NCBI RefSeq assembly: GCF_020969955.1 | Contig: NZ_JAHDSX010000044.1 | Coordinates: 1 to 18,669 of the forward strand | Origin: Allobaculum fili | GTDB taxonomy: Bacteria; Bacillota_I; Bacilli_A; Erysipelotrichales; Erysipelotrichaceae | Direction: 5' to 3' | Length of the DNA: 18,669 nt | Part shown: in pieces, positions 1 through 8,412 of the stretch | Position numbering within the stretch: position 1 is the stretch's first letter | Layout: each line of letters opens with the position of its first letter | The notes under the pieces: generated by a model | Told to the model about the DNA's origin: nothing | Database searches by the model: none | Seen by the model: only the letters and a program-made list of their open reading frames with translations | Position numbers and translations under genes: made by a program

Positions 1-36
1 CCGGATCCGAAGTATGAAGAAAACGATGAAGAATAA
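1..36 (+). other. Possible 3' end of an ORF truncated by the window edge (...PDPKYEENDEE*), mirrored on the minus strand at 18635..18669
   Basis: Frame 1 reads ccg gat ccg aag tat gaa gaa aac gat gaa gaa TAA and is followed directly by the 41..80 hairpin. Frame 2 stays open to TAG at 74..76, so the frame is ambiguous. Eleven codons are too few to identify a family. Confidence 0.2.
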
Positions 37-126
37 AAAATACGCCAAGCGGGATCTCGAAAGGGATCCCGTTTAGCGTATCTAATATTCAGTCTCGCGT
101 ATACCCGTCGATTGTTTGACACTTAC
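2..126. repeat. Left copy of a perfect 125-bp terminal inverted repeat (partner 18545..18669)
   Basis: The reverse complement of 18545..18669 matches 2..126 base for base (position p pairs with 18671-p). The match breaks at 127/18544. Position 1 would pair with a base outside the window, so the repeat may be longer. It contains an imperfect hairpin at 41..80 with core stem CGGGATC/GATCCCG. Confidence 0.95.
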
Positions 127-157
127 TCCGCTTCCCTGCTCTTTCTGACTGGAATAC

Positions 158-212
158 GCAAAAATGCGGGCCGGATCGTTTCAGGAAATATCCTGCTGGA
201 TCCAGCCCGCAT
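158..212 (-). terminator. Rho-independent terminator downstream of the phosphoglucomutase gene
   Basis: Long hairpin ATGCGGGCcGGATC ... GATCCaGCCCGCAT (164..212) with one mismatch. On the minus strand it is followed by TTTTTGCG. Confidence 0.6.
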
Positions 213-282
213 ATAGGGTTTCAATTAATCATTCATATCGTCTGCCGATGGAGTGCAGAGTCAGTCTGAGTAAGTCAGGAAA

Positions 283-1992
283 CTAAGCCGCAGTGCCAGT
301 CAGTTCCGCCATGGCTTTCTGGTATTTCAGCGTTTTGGCGTGAGCGTCTGCGTGATCGGTTCCTTTAATGCAGTAGTAGAACTTGCATTTTGGTTCCGTT
401 CCGGAAGGACGTACCGCAATCCAGCTACCGTCGGCCAGATAGTATTTCAGAACGTCGGATTTAACGAATCCAGTGAGTTCTCTGGTTTCGCCGTTTTCCT
501 TAATTACGGATTCCTTGTAGTCTTCGAAGCGAACAACTGGTGTTCCCGCAATTTCTTTTGGTGCTTCGCTGCGCAGATCGGCAAGAATCTGTTTGATTCT
601 CTTGGCGCCGGCTTCACCTTCCAGTTCAACCGCAACCTGGCTTTCTTCGTAGGTTCCGTGTTTTGCGTAGAGCTCTTCGAGAACGTCAACGAGGTCTTTG
701 CCTTCGTTGTTCTTGTACCAGGAAGCTGCTTCCGCCAGCATCAGGCAGGCCTGTGGTGCATCTTTGTCGCGGACGAACGGTTTGATCAGCGAACCGTAGG
801 ATTCTTCGTAACCGAAGACATAGTTCTTGGCGTGTGTCTTTTCGTAGTTGGCTACTTTTTCACCGATGAACTTGAATCCAGTCAGCGTTTTTTCAGTTTC
901 TACGTTATGAGCAGAAGCTACTTTTTCACCGAGATCGGAAGTTACGACGGTGTTGAACATAACCGGTTTTTCCGGCATTTCGCCCTTGGCATCGAGCTGG
1001 CTGAGAATGTACTCAAGCAGTACAGCACCAGACTGGTTGCCGGTCATGACAACGTATTCGCCGCTGTGCTTAACGCCTACGCCCATGCGGTCCGCATCTG
1101 GGTCGCAGACGAGGATAATATCCGCGTCGTTTTCCTTCGCGTATTTCAGAGCGAGTTCATAAGCGCCTGGCTGTTCCGGGTTTGGTGTCGGAGTATTCGA
1201 GAAATCCGGATCCGGGGTGCACTGTTCCAGAACAGGAATGCAGGTGTAGCCGGTTTCCTTATAAATCTCACGAACGGGTACATTGGCGGTACCGTGTTCT
1301 GGGGAGAATACGATCTTGACGTCTTTCTTTACATCCGGGTTCAATTGGATGCTCTTAACGGCTTCGTAGTATGGACGGTCAACGTCTTCACCAATAACGG
1401 TGATGAGCTTTTTCTGCTCATCGGCAATGTTGGTATCGATAGCAAGTTCATCTTCGATCGCGTTGACTTTTTCGATGACTTTGGCAGCCAGATCCGGGAC
1501 GAGCTGGCATCCTTTTTCATCGTAGAGCTTGTAGCCGTTGTACTGACGGGGGTTGTGGCTGGCGGTGATCATGATACCGCCGAAGCAGCCGAGGTGACGG
1601 ACCGCAAAGCTCAGTTCTGGTGTAGGACGAAGGCTTTCAAACACATACGCTTTGATTCCGTTTTTGGCGAGGAGATCGGCGCAGTCAAAGGCAAGTTCCT
1701 TACTCATGTGACGGTTGTCGTAGCCGATTGCAATACCCTTTTTGCAGGCTTCCGGACCATTTTCCTTGATGTAGTCCGCAAATCCCTGGGTAGCTTTGCG
1801 AATGGTGTGGATATTAATACGGTTTGTTCCCGGACCAAGAAGGCCGCGCATACCGGCAGTTCCAAATTCAATAGTGGTGTAGAACGCGTCGTTCTTTTCT
1901 TCTGGAGTCATGTTTTCCAGTACTTCTTTATAACGCGCGTCCAGGTTTGGGCTGTTGACCCATTTCTGATAACGTTCTTCAACAACAGACAT
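283..1992 (-). CDS. pgcA: Alpha-phosphoglucomutase / phosphomannomutase (alpha-D-phosphohexomutase superfamily)
   Basis: 569-aa ORF with the phosphoserine loop TASHNP, a GTAGMRG-type N-terminus and a DPDADR metal-binding loop. GGAGG lies 7 nt upstream of the ATG. The size fits Firmicutes PgcA-type enzymes. Confidence 0.9.
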   Translation of the reverse strand: MSVVEERYQKWVNSPNLDARYKEVLENMTPEEKNDAFYTTIEFGTAGMRGLLGPGTNRINIHTIRKATQGFADYIKENGPEACKKGIAIGYDNRHMSKELAFDCADLLAKNGIKAYVFESLRPTPELSFAVRHLGCFGGIMITASHNPRQYNGYKLYDEKGCQLVPDLAAKVIEKVNAIEDELAIDTNIADEQKKLITVIGEDVDRPYYEAVKSIQLNPDVKKDVKIVFSPEHGTANVPVREIYKETGYTCIPVLEQCTPDPDFSNTPTPNPEQPGAYELALKYAKENDADIILVCDPDADRMGVGVKHSGEYVVMTGNQSGAVLLEYILSQLDAKGEMPEKPVMFNTVVTSDLGEKVASAHNVETEKTLTGFKFIGEKVANYEKTHAKNYVFGYEESYGSLIKPFVRDKDAPQACLMLAEAASWYKNNEGKDLVDVLEELYAKHGTYEESQVAVELEGEAGAKRIKQILADLRSEAPKEIAGTPVVRFEDYKESVIKENGETRELTGFVKSDVLKYYLADGSWIAVRPSGTEPKCKFYYCIKGTDHADAHAKTLKYQKAMAELTGTAA

Positions 1993-2016
1993 TTTTTAAC
2001 CTCCGATTTCGCAAAA

Positions 2017-2045
2017 ATTATAACATGAATCAATCGTCGGTCGAT
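2017..2045 (-). promoter_or_regulatory. Candidate sigma-A promoter for the phosphoglucomutase gene (extended -10)
   Basis: The minus strand reads ATCGAC-N17-TGtTATAAT. The -10 hexamer sits at 2017..2022 with the TG extension at 2024..2025, about 25 nt upstream of the start codon. Confidence 0.45.
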
Positions 2046-2249
2046 TATGACTTTTCTGCCCGAAAACTTGTATTCCTCAATGAAAAAGATTGATTTCAAA
2101 CTGTTTATTTTCGGAATCCTTTTCTGCGTGTGAATCGACCGGACGGCAAGGCAATAAGCGGGAATTCTTTGAAAACATCTGGTTACAAACCGGCAAAACG
2201 CACAGTCCATCCGACTGGCCAGACCTGCTTGCGGTCTGTGATCTCCAGA

Positions 2250-2280
2250 TAAAGAAAAAGGGCTCCGGAGAGCCTTTTTT
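2250..2280 (-). terminator. Short GC hairpin terminator after ptsH (A/T runs on both sides, possibly bidirectional)
   Basis: GGCTC-cgga-GAGCC at 2261..2274, flanked by AAAGAAAAAG on one side and TTTTTT on the other. It lies 17 nt downstream of the ptsH stop. Confidence 0.5.
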
Positions 2281-2290
2281 CTGTGTCGGA

Positions 2291-2557
2291 TTATTCAATG
2301 ACTTTCTGTGCGCGCAGTGCGTTAACGATGTTGTCGATGGCTTCGTCTTCGTCGTCACCAGTAGCGGAGATAACGATTTCGGCCTGTGTCGGGATGCCCA
2401 GGGACATAACGCCCATGATGGACTTCATGTTGGATTCGCGTCCTTTGAAGTTCAGAACGACATCGCTCTTGCATCCGCTGGCTGCGTTTACGGCCACTGT
2501 AGCAGGACGTGCGTGAAGTCCTACCGGGTCAATAACCTTAACTGTTGCTTGTTTCAT
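2291..2557 (-). CDS. ptsH: Phosphocarrier protein HPr
   Basis: 88 aa. It has the His-15 motif GLHARPA and the Ser-46 regulatory motif KSIMGVMSLG. AGGAGG is present upstream of the ATG. Confidence 0.95.
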   Translation of the reverse strand: MKQATVKVIDPVGLHARPATVAVNAASGCKSDVVLNFKGRESNMKSIMGVMSLGIPTQAEIVISATGDDEDEAIDNIVNALRAQKVIE

Positions 2558-2589
2558 GATTCATTTCCTCCTGAATCGCTTACAATCTG

Positions 2590-2618
2590 ATTTTAAAGCA
2601 ACCTGATAGTTTTAACAA
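2590..2618 (-). promoter_or_regulatory. Candidate sigma-A promoter for ptsH
   Basis: The minus strand reads TTGTTA-N17-TAAAAT. The -35 overlaps the stop codon of the upstream DUF523 gene. A half-conserved cre-like sequence, TGTAAGCGATTCAG (2571..2584), lies between the -10 and the SD. Confidence 0.4.
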
Positions 2619-3148
2619 CCTTGAAGTGCGTGATTTCCGACAACCTGAATTCCCTCTTTTTCCAGTTTGCGCGTAAATAAACCTTTCCCAGGAATGAGTC
2701 TGGATGAAAATGTACCGTCATAAATAATGGAACTTCCGCAGGAAGGCGACCGTTCCATCAAAATAGCCAGATCCGGCTGTTTCTCCTTTACGATTTCCAT
2801 AGCCTTATCGATGCCGCCTTCCATGGTCGCCGTCAGATCGTCTCCGTCTTTTGTCCGTACTCGATCTTCGAGAATTTCCATAGGCTTTCGCGGTGTAGGA
2901 AGACCGGAAAGACATTCCGGGCAGACCGGAATTAGCGTATTGCGTTTACCTAATGCGATAACCGCCTCATCCCGGCAGCTTTTCCGGTCATAGCGGCACT
3001 TCTCACCGAGCAGACAGGCGCTGACCAGAATTGTTTTTCCTTCGAGACTGGACGCTTCAACCTTCTCAGATTCGGCTAATCCGGTACAGCTGCTGGTGTC
3101 TCTTTTAGAACTTGGATTTGGACTGGAAAGGATATCTTCCGTTTTCAT
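2612..3148 (-). CDS. DUF523 family protein (TudS-like putative [4Fe-4S] thio-nucleobase desulfidase)
   Basis: Carries the DUF523 hallmarks VSACLLGEKCRYD, PVCPE and SPSCG. I place the start at ATG 3148 (AAGGAG 5 nt upstream) rather than the GTG at 3154 used in the ORF track. That ATG overlaps the hydrolase stop as ATGA. An unusual Ser/Pro-rich extension of about 40 aa precedes the domain. Confidence 0.75.
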   Translation of the reverse strand: MKTEDILSSPNPSSKRDTSSCTGLAESEKVEASSLEGKTILVSACLLGEKCRYDRKSCRDEAVIALGKRNTLIPVCPECLSGLPTPRKPMEILEDRVRTKDGDDLTATMEGGIDKAMEIVKEKQPDLAILMERSPSCGSSIIYDGTFSSRLIPGKGLFTRKLEKEGIQVVGNHALQGC

Positions 3149-3864
3149 AAACACTCCTTTTTGCCGGACGGCGTGATCTCCGGTTTTAAAAAGTGAAGAA
3201 CGGCTGCATTAAACGTCTGCGGATTTTTTGCAGCCACATAATGATCGCCGGTTATAAAGACAAGTCTGGAATCTGGGATGGCTTTGGCAATTGCTTTTGT
3301 ATGGGAAGCCTTAATGACATCACGTGTTCCTGCAAGGACCAGCGTCGGTGCCTGAATCTTCGTCAGATCCTCTGGATTAATATTCGGATCGTTCACCATC
3401 AGTCCCAGCAGTTCCGCAGTTGTTCTGGCTTTTGGACTGAACTTTTTAAAGAAACTGGCCATTCTGTACCCGATTTCAATAGGAATCTGTGTGCCAGACC
3501 GAACACCGTCCGGGGTCAGATTTCCGCCGTCCAGAATGAGCCGGTCGATGCGATCAGGATATTTCATCGCAAAAATCATGGCGATGTTGGCCCCGTCGGA
3601 AAAGCCGAGAAGATTCGCCCGGACAATATTGTGCTGATCCATGAACGCCTTCAGAGCCTGTGCAAACTGACGAATGGTAAATGGAGCTCTGCCTCGGAGC
3701 GTCTTTCCATGTCCGCGCGTATCGATTGCGATCACGCGATAATATCTGGAGAATTCTTCGATCTGCTTTTCAAAATAGCTGCTTTCTTCCCCGTTTCCAT
3801 GAAGCAGGATCAGGGTTTCCCCTTTTCCCTGTTCCAGAAAGTGATTTTCAAACGATTCTTCCAT
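3145..3864 (-). CDS. Alpha/beta-fold hydrolase
   Basis: 239 aa with an HGNG oxyanion-type motif (LILLHGNGEES), the nucleophile elbow GFSDGA, and later Asp (GTRDV) and His (GDHY) triad candidates. Confidence 0.8.
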   Translation of the reverse strand: MEESFENHFLEQGKGETLILLHGNGEESSYFEKQIEEFSRYYRVIAIDTRGHGKTLRGRAPFTIRQFAQALKAFMDQHNIVRANLLGFSDGANIAMIFAMKYPDRIDRLILDGGNLTPDGVRSGTQIPIEIGYRMASFFKKFSPKARTTAELLGLMVNDPNINPEDLTKIQAPTLVLAGTRDVIKASHTKAIAKAIPDSRLVFITGDHYVAAKNPQTFNAAVLHFLKPEITPSGKKECL

Positions 3865-3971
3865 AGGCTCTCTTCTCCGGACATTCTTCTCCAGACATTC
3901 CGCTCTCGAGCGGCAGTTTCGTGCATTTTTTCACGGCTGTCTGCGCAGATTTTCCTGTCCTGTTCCATCCG

Positions 3972-4016
3972 CGCAAAATGAAAAATGCTTCCCGCTTATT
4001 ATGGCAGGAAGCATTT
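3972..4016 (-). terminator. Rho-independent terminator after glgA
   Basis: 10-bp stem AAATGCTTCC/GGAAGCATTT (3983..4016), followed on the minus strand by TTCATTTTGC. Confidence 0.6.
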
Positions 4017-4035
4017 CGTTTACATAGGGTAATTC

Positions 4036-5472
4036 TTACATCAGAGTGTCGTACAGTCTGTTGTACACTTCAGCGGAATTCTGCCAGGAAACATCTTTGT
4101 TCATGGCGTTCATCTGCAGAATTTTCCAGTCTTCCGGACGGTTGTAATAAACATTGATCGCGTTATTGAGCGTGTTCATCATTTCATCCGCGTTGTAGTT
4201 GGAGAAGCTGAAGCCGTTCCCAGTCTTGTCGAACTCGTTGTAAGGCGTAACGGTATCTTTCAGACCGCCGGTTTCACGAACCAGAGGCAGTGTGCCGTAG
4301 CGCAGCGAGCAGAGCTGACTGAGGCCGCACGGTTCAAACAGAGAAGGCATCAGGAAGAGATCGCTGCCGGCGTAAATGCGGTGCGCGAGATCTTCGTTGT
4401 AGCCCCGATAGAAGCAGACTTTGCCTTTATGCTGGTTTTCCATATCGCGGAATGCGTTCTGGATGGCGTCTTCGCCGGTACCAAGAATCGCCAGCTGGAT
4501 TGGTGCATTAGCGAGTTCCTGGAACTTTTCGAGCATCAGGTAGAAGCCCTTCTGGTAGGTCAGACGGGAAACTACGCCGACGAGCATAACATGCGGATTG
4601 ACTTCCAGGCCGAGTTCCTTCTGAAGCGCTGCCTTGTCCTGGGCTTTGCCTTTGGACATGGTGATCTTGTTGTAATGATATGGCAGAGCCGGATCCGTGT
4701 TCGGGTTCCATACAGCCATATCGATACCGTTTACGATGCCCCACAGGTCATAGCGGCGCATGTTCAGTACGGCTTCCATATGTTCGCCGTACTGGGGCGT
4801 CAGGATTTCCTGCGAGTAGGTCGGCGAAACGGTCGTGATCTTGTCGGCGTAGAGGATGCCGGACTTCATGAAGGATACGCCGCCGTCGAAACGGATGTTG
4901 CCATTGTCGAGCAGGTAGTATGGAAGGCCGAGGCAGGAGTCGGTCATTTCCGGTCCAAAGTTACCCTGGAAGAGCAGGTTGTGGATCGTGTAGACAAACT
5001 TGATGTTGGCATAGCGGGAATCGCTCGAATGCGTTTCCTTAACCATGCACGGAATCATGCCGGTCTGCCAGTCGTGGCAGTGGATGATGTTGGGCCAGTA
5101 GTTGAGCTGGTTCAGCATTTCGATGACAGCTTTCTGGAAGTAAGCGAAACGTTCGCCGTCATCCAGATAGCCGTAGAGCGCATCTCGTTCGAAATAGCCC
5201 TGGTGCTGAACAAAGAAGTAAGCCACTTTGCCCACGGTCTGGGAATAGATCGTTACCGGCACTTCACGGTAGTTGATGTTTACCGTATAGGAAGCACAGT
5301 ATGTCAGATCCTGAAAATTCTTTTCTGCAATTTTTTTGTAGAGCGGCAGAACAACTTTCACTTCGTGACCCATTTCCGCAAGAGCGGCTGGCAGAGAACC
5401 GATTACATCGGCCAGTCCGCCGGTCTTAACGAATGGAAGGCCTTCTGCAGCCGCCATTAAAATAGAAGCCAT
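4036..5472 (-). CDS. glgA: Glycogen synthase (ADP-glucose type, GT5)
   Basis: 478 aa with the N-terminal KTGGLADV motif and typical GT5 C-terminal motifs (PSLFEPCGL). The start ATG overlaps the glgD stop (TAATG). Confidence 0.95.
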   Translation of the reverse strand: MASILMAAAEGLPFVKTGGLADVIGSLPAALAEMGHEVKVVLPLYKKIAEKNFQDLTYCASYTVNINYREVPVTIYSQTVGKVAYFFVQHQGYFERDALYGYLDDGERFAYFQKAVIEMLNQLNYWPNIIHCHDWQTGMIPCMVKETHSSDSRYANIKFVYTIHNLLFQGNFGPEMTDSCLGLPYYLLDNGNIRFDGGVSFMKSGILYADKITTVSPTYSQEILTPQYGEHMEAVLNMRRYDLWGIVNGIDMAVWNPNTDPALPYHYNKITMSKGKAQDKAALQKELGLEVNPHVMLVGVVSRLTYQKGFYLMLEKFQELANAPIQLAILGTGEDAIQNAFRDMENQHKGKVCFYRGYNEDLAHRIYAGSDLFLMPSLFEPCGLSQLCSLRYGTLPLVRETGGLKDTVTPYNEFDKTGNGFSFSNYNADEMMNTLNNAINVYYNRPEDWKILQMNAMNKDVSWQNSAEVYNRLYDTLM

Positions 5473-6623
5473 TAATAATTACCTCTGCGTTTGAGATAAA
5501 CCGGGTTCTCTTCGTTGCCGGTTACTTCGTGCTTGAGAACAACCTTGGCGTCCTTGTCGACAATGCAGTTGGTCAGCATGATGTTGTCGCCGATTTCAAC
5601 ACCCGGCAGAATCAGGCAGTTGTTGATCAGAGATCCTTTGCCGACGGTAACGTTACGTCCGATGATCGAACCCTGAACGTTGCCTTCAATTTTGCATCCG
5701 TTGGAGATCAGAGCGCCGGAAGCGGTGCCTTCACCCAGATAAATTGTCGGAGGCGAATCGTTGGTACGGGTATAGATTGGCCAGTTTGGATCGTTGAAGA
5801 AGCTCATGTTGGCTTCGTTCAGCATTGCCATGTTGGACTTGAAGTATGTGCGTTTGCTGAGGATCGGGAAGATTACGTGCGTATAGTCGACCATGTTGAT
5901 CTTGACATCCCATTTTGGATTGTCTGCAACGTAGTTCAGCATGTCAGTCAGCCAGTACAGTTCGGAGCATTCGTGACCTTCTTCCACCATCTTCAGGAAC
6001 GTTTTCTTGTTGATGATGTATGTATCCAGGAATACATCCATTTCTGCACCACGCGGGCCGAGTTCCGGCTGTCCGATGTACGTTTCCACGTGATCGAATT
6101 CGCCGGCTTCGTTTTTGAAGATAACGTTCGAGCTAAGGAAGTCGCGGGCATCGCGGGAATTCATTTCATGATGGTAAAGCAGCGTGATGTCTGCCTTGGA
6201 TTCGATATGTTTCGCAAGCAGATTCTGGAAGTTGATCTTGTAGACCCAGTTGACCGGAGCGATGATCACGTAATCGTGATTATCTTCTTCGATTTCATCC
6301 AGGTTGGAGTAGTAGCCGTGCAGGTCGGAAGAATATTCCTGAGAAAGGCCGCTGTAGCCTACCGGAATAATCGCTACGTGACCGTGCTTGTTGTTGATGT
6401 TGTAGTGACGGGCACTGCCAATGTGGTCAAACAGAACTTTCGGGTCGCCGTTGGTGTAAACCTGAATGTTCTGGATGCCGGAGTTTGTCATGTTGGAAAT
6501 TGGAATATCGACCAGACGGTAGCGTCCTACATAGTTGAACGCTGCCATTGGACGGTACTGACCTACGCCGCTGACATAGATGGCAGGAGATGTGAAGGCG
6601 ACAATACCAAGTGCGTTAATCAT
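5472..6623 (-). CDS. glgD: Glucose-1-phosphate adenylyltransferase, GlgD (non-catalytic/regulatory) subunit
   Basis: 383 aa. It has a nucleotidyltransferase fold followed by left-handed beta-helix repeats, but lacks the GlgC GGxGxRL signature. Its position between glgC and glgA matches Firmicutes glg operons. Confidence 0.85.
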   Translation of the reverse strand: MINALGIVAFTSPAIYVSGVGQYRPMAAFNYVGRYRLVDIPISNMTNSGIQNIQVYTNGDPKVLFDHIGSARHYNINNKHGHVAIIPVGYSGLSQEYSSDLHGYYSNLDEIEEDNHDYVIIAPVNWVYKINFQNLLAKHIESKADITLLYHHEMNSRDARDFLSSNVIFKNEAGEFDHVETYIGQPELGPRGAEMDVFLDTYIINKKTFLKMVEEGHECSELYWLTDMLNYVADNPKWDVKINMVDYTHVIFPILSKRTYFKSNMAMLNEANMSFFNDPNWPIYTRTNDSPPTIYLGEGTASGALISNGCKIEGNVQGSIIGRNVTVGKGSLINNCLILPGVEIGDNIMLTNCIVDKDAKVVLKHEVTGNEENPVYLKRRGNY

Positions 6624-6624
6624 A

Positions 6625-7764
6625 TTAGTTATCTCCTTTCACGTCCTGATAAGCCAGGTAAATATGTTCCGAATCCGGCGAACCTACAGTGGAGCCGGCG
6701 CCGACAACAACTTTTTCGGCAACGATTGAGCGGTACACTTTTGCACCTTTTTCTACAATGCAGCCAGGCATGAGTACGCTGTCTTTTACTTCAGCGCCTT
6801 CCATGATGGTGACGTTGTTGAACAGAACGCTGTTCACGGCTTCGCCACGGATCACAGCACCCTGGTTGATGTAGCAGTGTTTAACGCGTCCAGTCGGGGA
6901 TACGTACTGCGGAAGTACAGGAATATCGGAAGTGTAGATTTTCCAGTCCTGATCGCCAAGGTCGAGTTCATCGTTATGGTCGATCAGGTCCATGTTGGCT
7001 TCCCAGAGGGAGTCAATCGTTCCAACATCTTTCCAGTAGCCGCTGAAGTTGTAGGCGAACAGACGCTTCTTGTCAGCGAGCAGACGCGGGATGATGTTCA
7101 TGCCGAAGTCGTGCTTGGAATCCTTGTCCTTGGCATCTTCGATCAGGATTTCGCGCAGCAGCGGCCAGTCGAAGATGTAGATGCCCATGGAAGCCAGGTT
7201 GGATTTTGGTTCGGCAGGTTTTTCCTCAAACTCAAGAATGTGGTTGTTCATGTCGCAGTTCATGATTCCAAAGCGTGGCGCTTCTTCCCATGGAACCGGG
7301 CGAACGGCTACGGTCAGATCCGCGTCGTTCTGGCGATGTGCTGCGAGCATTTTGTCGTAGTTCATTTTGTAGATATGGTCACCCGACAGAATGAGAACAT
7401 ATCCAGGATTGAACTCGTCGATGAAGTCGATATTCTGGTAGATCGCATCGGCGGTACCCTGATAAACACCGAACTTGGTGTCGTCTTTTTCACTAGGCGG
7501 AAGGACGTATACGCCGCTGCCGCGGGTATCGAGACCCCAGCGCTGTCCAGCGCCCGCATACGCGTTGAGCTGTACAGGTTCGTACTGTGTCAGAACACCG
7601 ACAACGTTGATGTTCGAGTTTGCACAGTTACTGAGGGGGAAGTCAATAATGCGGTATTTTCCGCCAAAATATACCGCAGGCTTTGCCGTTTTATTCGTCA
7701 GCTGATACAAACGGGAGCCGCGCCCGCCAGCCAGAATCATGGCGAGCATATTGTTGTTATCCAT
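6625..7764 (-). CDS. glgC: Glucose-1-phosphate adenylyltransferase (ADP-glucose pyrophosphorylase)
   Basis: 379 aa. It has the N-terminal LAGGRGSRL signature, [15 protein letters not shown], and a C-terminal hexapeptide-repeat domain. AGGAGG lies 6 nt upstream of the ATG. Confidence 0.95.
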   Translation of the reverse strand: MDNNNMLAMILAGGRGSRLYQLTNKTAKPAVYFGGKYRIIDFPLSNCANSNINVVGVLTQYEPVQLNAYAGAGQRWGLDTRGSGVYVLPPSEKDDTKFGVYQGTADAIYQNIDFIDEFNPGYVLILSGDHIYKMNYDKMLAAHRQNDADLTVAVRPVPWEEAPRFGIMNCDMNNHILEFEEKPAEPKSNLASMGIYIFDWPLLREILIEDAKDKDSKHDFGMNIIPRLLADKKRLFAYNFSGYWKDVGTIDSLWEANMDLIDHNDELDLGDQDWKIYTSDIPVLPQYVSPTGRVKHCYINQGAVIRGEAVNSVLFNNVTIMEGAEVKDSVLMPGCIVEKGAKVYRSIVAEKVVVGAGSTVGSPDSEHIYLAYQDVKGDN

Positions 7765-7794
7765 AGTTTTCCTCCTGAAACTAATTTCATTAAA

Positions 7795-7803
7795 AGTATA
7801 GCA
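7795..7803 (-). promoter_or_regulatory. Candidate extended -10 element (TGcTATACT) for the glgCDA operon
   Basis: The minus strand reads TGCTATACT about 30 nt upstream of the glgC ATG. No convincing -35 is present. Confidence 0.3.
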
Positions 7804-8280
7804 CTTGTAGCCTTTTCAAACACCCGCCCGCGTGCTTTTTGAGGGATAAATTGTATGGGCTTTCATAGAGAAATAGTCATGGGTAGAAATAATTTCTTTA
7901 CATTTATGTTTTCTTTTATTCAATAATGATTTCATTTTTGATGCATTAGATGCACTATTTGTGTCGAATTGTCAAATGGAAAGGTTTTGCCCACTTTTTG
8001 CAATGTTTGCCTTTTTTCCGGTTTAAACCATGACAAAACCCGCTACTTTCAGTCCGAATCGTGATAAAAAATCGGACTGAAATGGCTTTCGAAGGGTAGA
8101 CTGGATCGCCTTTTTCTGCTCTTTCATTTGGTTTCAGAAAACGGCACTTGCTGGCCGCAGAAGCGGCTTTAAAATGTAGCGTTTTCATGCATAAATCCGT
8201 ACAGATTGAACGCGCACATTTGTATTTTTTAGTATGGCAGGCATTTTCTTTCCGTCCGTTTTGCCTGTTCTCTCTTCCCT

Positions 8281-8349
8281 TCTCGATTCGCGCACTTCTG
8301 CTCTCTCGATTCCTGCACTCCTGCTCTCTCGATTTGCGTGCCGTTCTCT
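8281..8349. repeat. 23-bp tandem direct repeat, about 3 copies (two good, the third degenerate)
   Basis: Units begin at 8281, 8304 and 8327: TCTCGATTCGCGCACTTCTGCTC, TCTCGATTCCTGCACTCCTGCTC and TCTCGATTTGCGTGCCGTTCTCT. Units 1 and 2 match at 20/23. The third unit keeps mainly the TCTCGATT core. Confidence 0.8.
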
Positions 8350-8370
8350 TATGGCGTAAGAAGGCCATAG

Positions 8371-8412
8371 AAAAACGGCAGGATCCAGAAGGAGGCTCTT
8401 CTGTTTCCTGCC
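8371..8412 (-). terminator. Rho-independent terminator after the ABC-transporter operon
   Basis: Hairpin GGCAGGA-tc-CAGAAG ... CTTCTG-tt-TCCTGCC (8377..8412), followed on the minus strand by GTTTTTCT. It lies 14 nt downstream of the ATPase stop. Confidence 0.7.

Noticed and set aside
340-2028. Long plus-strand ORF (562 aa) antisense to the phosphoglucomutase gene. Similar shadow ORFs lie at 4381..5460, 5529..6773, 6877..7842, 8486..9208, 9205..10008, 12019..12798, 15205..16020 and 17735..18346.
   Set aside because: Each lies fully antisense to a gene with clear family motifs. Their translations are low-complexity (Val/Phe/Arg-rich) with no recognisable motifs or SD sequences. They are typical antisense-frame shadows.
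8281-8349. Reading the 23-bp tandem repeats plus the nearby AT-rich block as plasmid-type iterons and an origin of replication, which would fit a linear replicon with terminal inverted repeats
   Set aside because: The window has no rep, par or telomere-associated gene, and the gene content is chromosomal housekeeping. There are only two good repeat copies, and they lie about 300 bp from the AT-rich block. The only DnaA-box-like sequence I noticed is a single 8/9 match (AGTGGATAA, 14742..14750) elsewhere.
7955-8368. 137-aa minus-strand ORF in the glgC-upstream spacer
   Set aside because: It is Arg/Lys/Cys-rich and low-complexity, and part of it is produced by translating the 23-bp tandem repeat. 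It has no SD and begins inside the terminator region of the upstream operon.
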